This document shows positions 12,161 to 24,239 of a stretch of 64,000 nt of DNA, piece by piece. Source of the DNA: Eutreptiella sp. 'Long Island Sound 2002' (lineage: Eukaryota > Protista > Euglenida). Each line of letters opens with the position of its first letter. Positions within the stretch are counted from its first letter, which is position 1. A program made the translations under genes and the position numbers. The DNA is taken from NCBI GenBank assembly GCA_964036045.1, contig OZ038378.1, forward strand, positions 165,478,001-165,542,000, written 5' to 3'. Under the pieces are notes generated by a model. That model searched no databases. It saw only the letters and a list, made by a program, of their open reading frames with translations, and was not told the DNA's origin.

Positions 12161-14649
12161 TTATACACGAGGTGGGTGTTGAATCATGGAAACATATCAT
12201 GGGTGAGTAACCAATCACCCACCCCAACTCGAGTGACGTCGCACACAGGAGGGTTTGTATGTGTCCCGGGGGGGCGACTACAACCGGTCCTGATGCGACA
12301 CCCCCCCTAGCTATCTGTCAAAACTTGGAGGGGGGGGGGGGGGCAGTTGGGGGGGGGGACTCTAGGGACACTTGTTGGTGGCCGACCCGGCACCACTATC
12401 TTTCAAAACCCGGGGGGGGGGAGGGGGGGGGGGGGGGCTGGGGGGTGTCGCATACAAGGACCGGGCCCGGCCGCCCCCCCGGGGTATGTGTGCACATGGC
12501 ATGCACTCTATCCTTCTCCTTGCTGTCATGCACTCCATTCTTCTCCTTGCTTGGCGAGCCTTGGTGACAAGATACGAGACCCCTTTGGTTCAGCGTGCGG
12601 GGGGGATACGGGGTGGTGCCTTCTTGTGGCATGATGAAATTTGCCTCTACCACTTGGTTTTTATTGGCAGACTGTATAGGTTGGCGTGTAGGCGTGGCAA
12701 AAGGGCATGAACGCCCGCGTCCCTTTTGCATCATAGCAAGACCCACTGTTAGTTAGCAACCCCCCCCCCCCCGCTTTGTGTGGGTGCCTATTTGGGGTTT
12801 GTTGGTGGTCCGTTGGGTGGTTTGGTGTGGATGGTGTGTTATTGGGTCGATTCATACGCGTGTGACGGAAATTGCTTGCTTGAGTTTTCAGTGCACTACA
12901 AACAAACAAATTGAAACAATCTTCAAAATCTGTGCGTCCAGCGGTTTTCGGGTCACCTCACCATGGCTTCCGCCTCCTTCACAACCCCGATGGTTACCGC
13001 CCCCCCTTGTGCCCCCTACAATGTCGATGCTAGGTGGCGGGACCGGAACATAGCCGCTAAGAAGTGGCGATGTCCTTGTGGGAAGGTTCTTCCCACTCCC
13101 ATGGGCCCAAGTAGGAAGGCCTTCCCGGAGGTCCACTCCAAGTTGGAGGAGCACAAAAGCTGGCTGCGATACGGGAAGGTGGTTGCGGATTATTTCCCTC
13201 GAGCCACCCCTACGGCTGCCGCACCACAACTGGGCATGATGATCGGCGTGAACGAATAGCTACTTTGGCGGGCCGCCGCCAGTGCTAGGGGAGCATGGGC
13301 AGCGGCCACCATGGCTGCCCTTGCCCGCCTCCACCCTCACTTGTAGCCACCTACAACGGACCAGTGGTTGGATGCCGAGTTTGAACGGGGACTACCCCAT
13401 CCCGATAGCGGCAAGGATTGCCCTGGTGTGCTACCAAGGCAAGTGAGCACGGCAGCCTTAGGTGAGAAGGATGTCCCCCATCATGCTCCGCAACTACGAG
13501 CAACCACTGTAGGAGTTCCTTGATTCGAGGTGTCTTTTCTGGCTCTACTGCCGGGGTCAAGCTTGTTGGGGTGAGATCACGGACCCCTACAGTCTGTGCC
13601 TCTCTTGCGTGGATCTGAGAACCAGCACCTGGGCACGCAAGGTGAAGGGTCCTAGCAGCATTGGGCGCGGAGGCCCTAAGTGGCTGCACGCACGGAATGA
13701 GTCTCTGTGCCTACCCAGCTGCGACACTAGGCGGCGATGCGTAGCAGCACCGCAGGGGTTGCCCAACGAGCGCCACAGTTTGGTGTCCGTGTTGGACAAC
13801 GTCAAGCACGTGGAGGGTGTGCACTTGTGGCACCTCTTGATCAACGAGCTGCACATGGAGGATTTTATTGCCGTCTCCCGTGAAGCTCGTGCGGTCGGTC
13901 TCAACGTCATATGCTATGTAGGCGTTCACGGTGTGCAACGGTGAAGATGCTCGCGCAATAGGGGAACACCTTGGCCCGGTACCAATAGTCACGCAAGCCA
14001 ATTGTGTCTTCTTGCCCCCCCCCCCCCCCCGGCTGCATAGTCCTACGCAACCATCCCCGTGTGGGTCAGCCCCAAGTGTGCGGAGTTCAAAGCGGAGCAT
14101 TTCTTACCTGTATGGTAGCACATGGCCAAGCCGTGCTACATTGCTACCTTTCGTGGCAACCATGGCATCCTCGTGTCGGCGGACACGGAACAAGACTTGC
14201 GGCGCTCCCGTGAGTTGTAGGCTGCTCTGTATGCAGAGGCGACTGTCACCGAGGCATGGATGCCGGAGGCCGCCCACATTCCCTTCGAGACGGATGGATT
14301 AGAAACCTGTGGGAACTTCAACGAGCCCCACCTCATGAAAAGGGCTTCCCGTTCGACTTGGCTTTGTCATGCATGGTGAGGTGTCCTACGGGCAGGTGCG
14401 GGGACTGCACAAGGTTTGCAGCGCACCCAAGCCGGAGTTGCCTCCCTAATTCGAGGACAAGTTAGTGGGGCCAACTAGGAGCATTGACTGGTTATGGCAT
14501 GCCATGGGCTAATGAGCTACGGCATGCCATGGGCCGCTATGGTCCAGCATGCCACATGCCGCTATGCTCCTTCATGCCAGAGGCTGCTAGCTCCAATATC
14601 CACCTATGACAAGCCTTGGCTCGCTACGCTGAAAAACATCCCCCCCCTG

Positions 14650-15145
14650 AAAATCCCGAAATGCGCTAAAACCGGCCTGGTATGGGCGTGGAAGTGCCCA
14701 AGTCCCCTTTGCAACCCGACGAGCCCATGGGACATCTCATCTCCAACCCTTTTGCATTGTAAGCATTGCCTCAAGGAGAGCACGGAGACCACAAGACATC
14801 CACAAACGACCCGCGCAGCTCCGAGAACCGTGCATTTTCACAAGATCCAATCACCAAGATAAATACCCACCCAAAACAACCCAGATGCCTTGAAAATGGC
14901 CCACTGGGGGCACACAAGTGCCTGACTTCCCCTTCAGATTCCAACGAGCCCATGGGACCTCCAACCTCCAACCGTTTTGCAATGAGACACGGCATTGCGA
15001 GCACAATACAACCCCAAAAGACCCGGGCAGCTCGGAGAATTGTGCATTTTCTCAGCTCGAATCATCAAGACAAACACTCCCTAGAAACACCCATTGTGCC
15101 ATGTGTCAGGCTCCATTTGTCAGGATCCAGTTAGCAAGATAAATA
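14650..15145. repeat. Diverged tandem repeat of about 215 bp, about 2.3 copies
   Basis: acgagcccatgggac at about 14720 and 14945; gacccg.gcagctc.gagaa..gtgcatttt at about 14810 and 15020. Confidence 0.65.
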
Positions 15146-16549
15146 CGTTCAAAAGGGCGGCGGATCACACTGCATACAACAACATATTGGGTACTTCTTC
15201 AAACCAACAGGAGGCAGTGGGGGGACCTACGTGTACTTCGATCTCCATCTCAATCGCAAATTGCGACACGAGGTAACGGAGGGGGCTGCAGTGCGAGTGT
15301 GCTTTAGCCCCAGTCCCCCACAAACCGCTTGATGCCCCGAATGACTCTGTTACGGAGATCTCGGAGTGTGCCAGTGCCACATCGACGGACAAAGCCAAAG
15401 CCAGAGCTACATTTAGAGTTGCAGAGGTGGCGTTGATTGGGTCGCAAGGAACAAAGTTGGCATCACAATGCTCCACCTGTCGGAGGTCCCAATGCCCTAG
15501 CCGCAACCATGCCTCCAAGGCTGCAAGCGCCTTCAAGTTATCCTCATCGGGGCGCCTCCTCGCCTTGGTCCGACCTCCCTTGCCCGCCTTGAATGTACCA
15601 TGGGAGTCATAGGAATCTTAGGAGCGGAGAGCTACAAATAGTCTACTGCAATTTTTTGCCCTTTGCGGTTGCCCTTTCCTCATCTGCCCACCGCAACTTC
15701 CTTTTTGCCCCCCTAAATGCGGCCTCCCCGTTGTCAAAAGTGGTGACCTCCCTTAGCCCCCAACCCCAGGCCGCAACCCACTTGTCGGTTGTGGGGGAAC
15801 CGGGGTGGTTCATGTTGTAGTGGTGGTGCATGTTGTGGTGCAAGTGCCTCGCCCAGCTAGTCGTACAGCATCCCAAGGGCAATGCCTGCACCGGCCGATT
15901 TTATGACAAATTTGCAAAGCGTGCATTCCAACAAAATGTAGGGTGGACTTGTGGTCCCCCACCCCTCGACTTCTGCACACGCAAGTGGAGTCCCCACACA
16001 AAATCCAAAGCACGGTTGGTACAAATCTCTGGTGTGCAAGTGGAAGGCAATGTGGAAGTGCGTATGCCTGAATTGCATTGTCTTACCACAGCCTAAGATC
16101 CGGCAAGTGACCTCCCGCTCACGATGTCGGACCATGGGCGGAAGTAGGATCATGCCGTCGTATAGTACCACCCCGCCAACCAAAATCGGTGCTGTGCCAG
16201 TCTCGGGCTACGGTTGCATGGCACAACCGTTCAGTGAAGGAGCATCCACCACCTAGACCCCGCTTTCCAAGTCGAGATTCACGAATTCGCATGTCCCATA
16301 TTGCACCCGCACCAAGTTTCGTGTCGCCCCCTCCCACAGCAATTTCGCATCCCCCTCAAGCAAAATGAAAGTCTGCGGCACGCCTACCAAGAAGACCGCC
16401 TCTGTGGAGAGGGGTCGATCAAGCTGTCCCCGAAAGAGACGAAGAAAAGGTTAGGAGAAAGGGGGCACTCTGGGCGGGCTTTCAAGAGACGTCAACACTC
16501 GCAACAAAGGGCAACCTTTCCACAGCTAGCCAGGAACAGGCGCTTGTGT

Positions 16550-18480
16550 GGTTGATCTTGCTGCAGCAATACCCGCCATTTGGGCGAGACGGTCGGCGGA
16601 ACGCTTCACCTGTTAGGCGTTGATACGCATGCTGACAATGTTGACAACATGCATATCCCGCCCCATATATGTTATGCGTCCGCGCGAAGTGCAGGTACTA
16701 GGCATACCGGAACGGGTGATCCGGCTCGTGCACGAGGTAGCCTTGCCTCATAGATGTGCTCCAACATTTCGGAGAGTCCCGAGATGAATTGCGCATTGTT
16801 GGCGATTGCATCGAACTGTGGTTTAAAATAAACAACTCTTGCACACAAGAAATGGCCAAAAGAGCATTGTTCATCCTTCTTTTCTCCATTTGATACAATG
16901 TCAACTCGGATTGCTTCAATGAACGCACAAATTGGCTCATGAAACGCTGGCATGCCTTTACCTTCCTTTTCGACCAACTTGGTTACTTGCAAGAGGATCA
17001 TATGGTTCTTCGGCAGGGCCGGTTCATTGTGCAGCCAAATGCACTCATCATTGAAGTCCTTAGCTCGATGCTCAGCTATGACACTGTGAGATGTCCATCG
17101 GGTGTCCGTGTAATCGGGCAAAAGCTTGCCATTATCAACCACATATGTATGCCGCCGTTGACATTGGTTCATTCCATGGACCAAGGCGCAAAGTAGGTGC
17201 ATATACCCCTTCAAATTCAAATCCTCCATCAGCGGATGTTCAAAAACGGTGGCCCTATTGTGCCACTGTGTGCCCAATACGTCCGTAGAACAGGGTTCGG
17301 GAACAGCAGCATCAGGTGGTCATTGAAGGCCTTTTTGCAATACCCCGCATTGTCAATCAAGGTGAGCCTTACCACGGCCCTGGGGATGCCGAGTGCATCC
17401 CAAAACAATGCTACATCACTAGCCATCGTTTGGTTGTAAACTTTGTCTCCAGGCAGCAGCCACGTTAACCAAGAGTTTTTGGAAACACGCAATGACATTG
17501 ATGGGGTGCTTGTCCGCTTTGTTAGTAGTTTCATCAAAAAATGACATTGAGGGCTCTAGTTGCTTGAGCATTGCCTCCAACGAAGGTAATAGTTGTCCTT
17601 TTCAATTGCTCCATCACCGTTGGTCGAACGTAATCCTCACCTTGATGGGCAGTCCATATATATCCATGGCATGTGTATGCTTGTTCAGTATGGGAGCAAC
17701 ACATCAATAAACTCTACGGTGAACCCCTCTTGTAGCAATGCAAAAACCATGTCATCGTTAAATTCCTTCGGATCGGGGTTGTATTCCCCCAATTTGTTAT
17801 TCTCCACGGGGATTGTGACATTAGGACCACTGCACGTGGCCTCTAGTCGGGTGCGTCTCGCATGAATGCACACGTTTTGACAAGCCTTCACTTGGGTTCC
17901 CGCATTTGAGGTTCTTGCTTCTTCTCCGCTGTTGCTTGTTTCTTTTGTACGCGCGCCTTGCGGTCTGACTCACGATCAGCCAAATGTCCTTCATACCAAG
18001 GAATCAAACATAAGTGGCCCATCCGCAATCCGCTTTGAGCATTTATCATGCATGTCTGTGATCAAATGCGCGACAATATTGTCCTCCCGGTTGGGATCAA
18101 CTGTGCCAACATCACAACATCGGCATGCCATCCTCCCACTGTCGTTGTACAAACCATACTTTGCATACTTCTCTAGGCGTTCTTCAATGGTGACCTTTGT
18201 ATCACAGCTTGGGGTGCTGCACTTGTCCAATACCTTGTGTAATTGATTTGGCGGAGTCGCGGTCTCCACGGACATGAAGAACTTGCCGGGGAGGGCAGTT
18301 TGAACGCATAAGTCACAAATAGCAGAAGTTGACGCCAAGGAGGCGCACCTTTGCAATACTACATCCCGCCAAGTGTCCTCCAACATAGAAACCTGCCGTG
18401 TTGATCCTTTAGATTTACATTGTGCACATCCGGGTGCCACGGTTGCACGAAATAAAAGCGGAACAACTAAAGGGGAGGAG
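16550..18480 (-). mobile_element. Degenerate CGGBP-type hAT transposase (frameshifted)
   Basis: BED-like finger RLEKYAKYGLYNDSGRMACRCC..REDNIVAHLITDMH, then FFDETTNK, LIDNAGYCKKAF, YWAH and DTRWTS in the correct hAT order across several frames; TIRs not found. Confidence 0.75.
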
Positions 18481-20459
18481 CAAAGTACGTACAAGTAAAG
18501 TAGTACATACACACAGAGGTGATATGGAATAACAACATTTCCTTCCGGCTGTGTTGATAACCGTTCATTTTGGCACTATTGTTGACTGCTCTAAAAGCGG
18601 AACTTGCACAAATCGGCAAGCATCAACAAGACTCGGCCGCAACCTACAGCTGGTTTTTGGGGGGGATTGCCAAGGTAGGACTGATCTGTGCGGCAATATG
18701 TTACAGGACAACATGATTCTAATACGGGGCAGGCATTTTCCAGATACCCAATGACTGCATACGCAAAAGCAGTACTGGCCATTTCGGCAATGCTGGGTCT
18801 AGAATAAGATTGACAATATTATGGATGATATTAAAGTGTGGTTACGGGTTTGGGGCATCATACCCATGAGGAAACAGGCACTGCATCTGTGAGTAATGAG
18901 GCATTGTAGCCCGGGGTAAACATACATAGTAACCAAGCAAAATTGATATTATGTACCCACAAACTCATGATACTTTTTACCCCCAGTTGCAAAATGTACT
19001 TGCTCGCAAATACATAATATTAGTCATTTTTAATCACAGTCACATCGCCAAAATCCGAAGCACGGACTCACCAAATAGAAACCTGGTCTGGTGTCACAAT
19101 GTGGAGAAAAGGAAAAGTGGCCACATAAGTATGGAAAAAATCACAAGGTAAAATGGCTACATAACCCATGGATCACCCCTATTCTGTTGGATACGTGTGG
19201 TATGGAGCAATGCTGCTGCCTATTTTGCGGCTGCACAGATCAGTACTGCTCTGGCCGAAACAGTCACTAGGTGCAATCTCTGGAGCGCAATGTGGAATAG
19301 CTTCAACAGTCATGTGCAGTGGTACTGGTGCCCCATCCAGATAGTACCTGCCCGGCAGGGGTTCTCGGAGGTGGTGGAAGCCACTTCTGGCCCATGCAAC
19401 CTGGCAGGGGGAGAAGGATGGGGGTTGGGGGTCCAAATTTGTTTTTCGGATTTGGGGCATTTTTGATGTCCCCGTCACATCCTGAGCATTTCGAGTATGC
19501 ACAAGTCAGAGCGCAAAATCTGATTTACGATGCACCATCTGGGACCATGCAAACCTTCATGAGCTCCATTACCCCACAGGCCTTTCCCACAACTGTGCCA
19601 GCGGTAAGATGCCTGGCGCCTGGTTCTCTCAGTGGCAAAACTGCTGTTCCCCATTGGCGTAGGTTGGGGGGGGTCTGAAGGGGGGGGGGACCGGGGTACA
19701 GCCCGACACGTAACGCCGCTCCCATGAACCAGCCCCTATAACGGGGCATTGCCGAAGGCTTGTACTGGTTTGAGCAATGGCTGGCGTCCTCCGAAACGTG
19801 AAATTTGTTGAAGAACGTTTGTCCGTCCGGGCGTCATGGGGGTCCCTAGGGAAACAAAACGAGCCCCCTACAACGAGTGGTTTGCCAACAGGCCGTGTCT
19901 GTGCAAAGGGACCCCGCAGCACCAGGGGGCAGAAGTGCAGCGGCGCAGAGAGATTCAGACTGCCTGTGGCCCACAACACCACCTCAACAGTGGTCCGTGA
20001 TACACCCCTCAACATGATCAGCGCGTGCTGGCGCTTCTTTTGAGGTGTACGTGTTGGGCTCCACCGGCCACCCCGGGGGCAAAAGCAGTCTTCAATTCCC
20101 CCTCGCTGGACGCCAAGCGAACCGAATCCAGTTCTGTGCAGCAAGGACGGCCCCGGGACTTGGGACACACGGAGGCGTTTGGGCTCACCCGGACACGGCA
20201 AAGGGCACGAATCCAGCCTTTGTCTTCTTCCTTGCTTTTGGCTCGGGGCATTTCGAGGCTGTGGGCAGCAAAATCAACCGCAGGCAACTGACGGTGGTGC
20301 AGAGGGGAACGGCCGGTAGTCGGTGGCACGCCACCCTGACAGCCGACCACTGGTTGGCACGGGGGGTGCGCACCGCCCCCACAGAATTGGGCATAGCACA
20401 CGCTTCCTTAGCGACCGCGTGGGCCACTCACAAACAGAGGCACGGGGGGCAGGGCTGAC

Positions 20460-20561
20460 CTGTGCTATGGACTGCTCCTTTTTCGCAAAGGACCGAGAGA
20501 TATCTTCAAAATGGTTTTCCTGAGTTCCAGGGGCCCTGTCATCCTCCGCTGTCTGGACGAC
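20460..20561 (-). CDS. Exon 2 of CCDC28-like gene (VVQTAEDD...KEQSIAQ)
   Basis: cacag|GTC acceptor, CAG|gtcagc donor; 102 nt, phase 0/0, no stops. Confidence 0.65.
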
Positions 20562-21435
20562 CTGTGTGAAACGGCGCGGTGCATACCCCAGGGGCAGCGG
20601 GCTGTCAGCCCACGTTCGCTAGACATCGTAGATTTCTAAACTGCGGTCCGAATTTGTGAAATTTCTACCAAATCACCGTCGCAATGACAGGTGTGAAGCT
20701 TCGCATTGCCACAAAGGCAAACTGTGGGTCTTGGTGTAGGGCCCTTTTCCCAGACGCACTGGCTTCTGTGAAGGCCAAACAAGTGTGCCGGTGGGTACTT
20801 TTGGGAGGGACAAGGCTCGTCAACAGCTTCTGGGCGGAAGCTGCGAATACTCGGCGTGCACGCTTTGTACAAAAGCAAATTGCTGGCGCTTGCCCCACCC
20901 CCCCTTGATTGCGCCCCCCCGCCCCCCACCCCCGTCGCCATCAGTTGCCGCTGGACTGCCATCGATGATCTGCTCAGCTCAACATTGTCCCATTACTGCC
21001 CCGGTGGCGTCCACTCCCCTCGTGGCGCCAGCAGGCCTCACATGAATTCCCAACCGTGCTTTGCACCACATCTGATGTTCAAGCTGCAACACAGGGGTAG
21101 GGGGTCCAGGGTTCAGGATGGTTGGAGGGGGGGCCGCAAGCAGGTCAACAAAGCGCTCCACACATGCACGTCCTGGTATGCATATGCAGCAATGTTCGGC
21201 AGTTCCATTGATACGATGGTTCCACGAGCACTTAAGCGTATGTACAGGTTGCACTGATGTTTGCCTAGTCACCCTTTTTCTGGCCGTGTTTTGTCGGCCA
21301 AAACCTCTAGCCTGCATGTTACCGTACTTGGTTGGAGGGGGGGGGGGGGTGCCCTCCGAGTGCTGGTCGCTGGACAGGGGTCTGAAAATGCTGCCGAGGC
21401 CGCCAGACAGGCTCGTAGGTTCCTGGGAGACGCAC

Positions 21436-21660
21436 CTGGTCCATGCATCGCCGGAACACCTGCGACTGAAGTTGCGAGATCCGCTTGATCTCCTTCATAA
21501 TGTCCTCCTCCTCCTTCTCAGTCCCAAAGGCGTTCATCATCCCCGAAGAGAATTGCTCTTCGATCAGCCGCAGTTCCCGCTCCACGAAGTTCTCTCCGCT
21601 GTTCCGAACGCCTTTCACGTCGAAGTCCGGCTGCGCCGGAGTGCTCGGCCCTGCGTCCAT
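21436..21660 (-). CDS. Exon 1 of a 173-aa coiled-coil protein, CCDC28-like
   Basis: ATG at 21660, 75 codons MDAGPSTP...RRCMDQ, donor CAG|gtgcgt. VERELRLIEEQFSSGMMNAFG resembles the CCDC28 core [21 protein letters not shown] as recalled. Confidence 0.7.
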
Positions 21661-21829
21661 TGCGGCTTTGATTATGATGGCCGGGGAAGAGACACTGACA
21701 TATTGAGCTGATATAGTGAAAGGGGACATGGGCATGAAGCATGAGTGGAGGTGACCCTTGGCCATAAGAACGACGATGGCCGTCACCAAGATCAAACCAC
21801 ACAGTGCAAATGTCAGAAAGGCGTAGCAT

Positions 21830-22060
21830 GTGCGCTGACCACAGCATGGGTGGCCCTCTTGCCTGTTTGGCTGCCGGGGTCACATCCTGAGTGCAAATGG
21901 GATCAAAAACGGTTTTTTCATACCGAGCCATAATTTTGACCTTGACGTCTTCACATCCTTCCCAGTCCTCATCCGACTTGATGACAGACCGGATGTGGCG
22001 GTGGTAGCCTTGTACCCAATCATGCTGGCTTATCTCCCTAGGACCCAGACTAGCCATAAT
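21830..22060 (-). pseudogene. Possible Gypsy pol protease-RT linker relic just upstream of the CCDC28-like start
   Basis: VKVKIMARYEKTVFDP...ARGP resembles the ILxxYxxVF..RG segment that precedes Gypsy RT; the match is short. Confidence 0.25.
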
Positions 22061-22339
22061 CCGAAGATGGTTGTCACCCTCCGGCATCGCACCTGCAACA
22101 CCTCTATTCACAGGTCCAAGGGGACCGGCGGAGCCGCGGCCACAAATGTGTTCAAACGCGGCGGAGCCGCCGCCATGCTTGCTTTGTTCCTCTGTGCGCA
22201 CTTCTCGTGCGGGTGCCTCCGTGGTAAGGTCACAGCGCCTTTAGGGGTACAGGACAGGCTCTTGATTATCCCTGACCCTTCATTTGTGGCTTCCTCAGAC
22301 GCTGTCACTCACATCCGTACAGAAACCAGAACTCGCACT

Positions 22340-22992
22340 CCGTGACCCTGAAGCTCCCCTGACGAAAACGCAACCATTGATGGGTGCATGGCCGCAAATA
22401 TTTTGTCATTGGACGACGGGTTACTGTTCACACAGAATCTTTGTAGCGCCGTGGAGGCTGTACCAGCACTGTTCCCCCGTCCCACCCACAGCAAAAATTC
22501 TGACGACTCCGACCCAGCGGTGCCGACTGACGACGAGACGTCCGACCGCATGGGCTGCGGACCGATCTGCTCCCATACCTGCTCCACCTGTGGCGGCTCT
22601 TCTGACCTCTGTTTTTCATTGTTTGGATGCTGTAATCTGCCCTCCTCCGCCAGCCCATCCGCCTTGCCATTCCCCATGACGTTTAGATGGGACGGCGTCC
22701 AGACAACCTGCACCTGTGAGCCCACATCTTGCCGCAGGTGCCATGTTTCCTTTTTCCCTTGACTTCACCCTCCATCCATGCCGCTTCCACTTAGGGGACC
22801 ACTCGGTAATCCCCTGAAACACATACTCCGAGTCCAGGACCACAACCAAACGCTCCCCTGGTGCCCCCCTGCAGCGCGCGTGTAACAAGCAGCGTAGTTC
22901 CCCCCGGCCCACGCTCTGCTGTTCACGTGTTGGCACGGGTGCTCTATAGTTGCATTCGGTGCCGTTGCCAAACCATGCCGCCCACCCAGCCC
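22340..22992 (-). pseudogene. RNase H1-like domain relic, probably from a retroelement
   Basis: AGWAAWFGNG..NYRAPVP..QQSVGRGEL, VVVLDSEYVFQGITEWSPKWKRHGW and VVWTPSHLNVMGNGKADGLA; frameshifts and an internal deletion. Confidence 0.75.
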
Positions 22993-23305
22993 TGGGCTGT
23001 CCTTAACGCAATAAAAAAAAAAGTGGTTCCAGAACCAGGTAATTTCAAAAGAGCCCGCGGACAGTACATGTCTTCACCCCGGTGTTCCCAATGGTTCAAC
23101 CATGAGTCCCTAGCCCCAAATTGGTCTCAGCACACAACCATATGATCCTAGCCCCACATGTGTTGCATGATAGAATCAGAACCCTACCTCACACCCTGCA
23201 CAATTCAACATGAACAAGAGCAATACTTTTTCTGATCAAATACAGTGATGCAGCGTTCGACCACCCGAATGTTCCATCGCCGGTGGCACAGCTGAAAACA
23301 GCTCC

Positions 23306-23488
23306 CTACTGCTGGTACAACCTCTGGAAGTGCACCCTGACACGCTCCATAAGCTCACCCTTCCCCCCGCTCACACTCAAACCATGCTTCCTACAAATGG
23401 CCTTAAACTCAACCTTAGTCCACTCATGCAACCTCCCCCTCTCCATTGCCTTCAACACCGCCTCATCCACATCATACCGAAACACCAA
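23306..23488 (-). CDS. Terminal exon encoding a SAP domain, resembling the Ku70 C-terminus; upstream exons not identified
   Basis: Branch-like ctaac plus gcgcag|TTG acceptor. GRLHEWTKVEFKAICRKHGLSVSGGKGELMERVRVHF followed shortly by a stop fits the SAP consensus (LTVxELKxxLxxxGLxxSGxKxELIxRL). Confidence 0.6.
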   Translation of the reverse strand: MVFRYDVDEAVLKAMERGRLHEWTKVEFKAICRKHGLSVSGGKGELMERVRVHFQRLYQQ

Positions 23489-23570
23489 CTGCGCGGCAGG
23501 GTTAGAAGAGGTGGAGGGGACAGCTCAGGGGTTACGAAGGTCAGAAGAGGAGCTACTGGCAACTGCACCT

Positions 23571-23770
23571 TCAGAGGGGGGCAAAATCAGAAGTGGCCCA
23601 CAAGTGGGCAAAATGGCTACCTCATCCCTGCCGTATCGGGGATCCCCACCGCTTCAGAGCGGGGGGCAAAATCAGAAGTGGCCCACAAGTGGGCGAACTG
23701 GCTACCTCACCCCTGCCGTATCGGGGATCCCCACCGCTGCAGAGCAGGGGGCAAAATCAGAAGTGGTGCC
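23571..23770. repeat. About 84-bp minisatellite, 2.3 copies
   Basis: ggggcaaaatcagaagtggcccacaagtgggc..ggctacctca.ccctgccgtatcggggatccccaccgct repeated in tandem. Confidence 0.9.
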
Positions 23771-24239
23771 CAAAAGAGGGCCGGGGGGGTAGACATGGCC
23801 CATGTTCGGCCGGGGCAAAAAGGCCTCTAGGGGCTGTCCTTAAGGGCTGTCCTTAACAAAAAAAAAATCTCGTCCCTTAAGGACGGCCCTGACCCAGCCT
23901 ACCACCAACACTTTACATGTTTTGCTCAGCCAACAATGTACACAATTGTCCATCCCACTTCTTACAAGACAGACAAACGCTAGACAACGCCATCCCGACA
24001 ATTAAACCACAGTCCCATTTAAAATCTTGCGCGTGACTTTATTCCCTGTCTGTGAGTTTAGTTTTTGCGTGACTTTATTCTGACGCTACGTGACTTGTAT
24101 TTTCCTTTGCACCACATACAACATGGATTACCTAGCCCTTTCTTTGATGAGTTGGAAGTTGAGGATTGCTGGCCAATAGAAACAGAGGATGAAGCAGCCC
24201 CCTTACCAGCTGCCAAGCCAAAGGGGAAGGAAATGCCAA

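Noticed and set aside
19240-19340. Second RNase H relic (NLWSAMW..HVQWYWCP)
   Set aside because: Too short and the catalytic motifs are missing.
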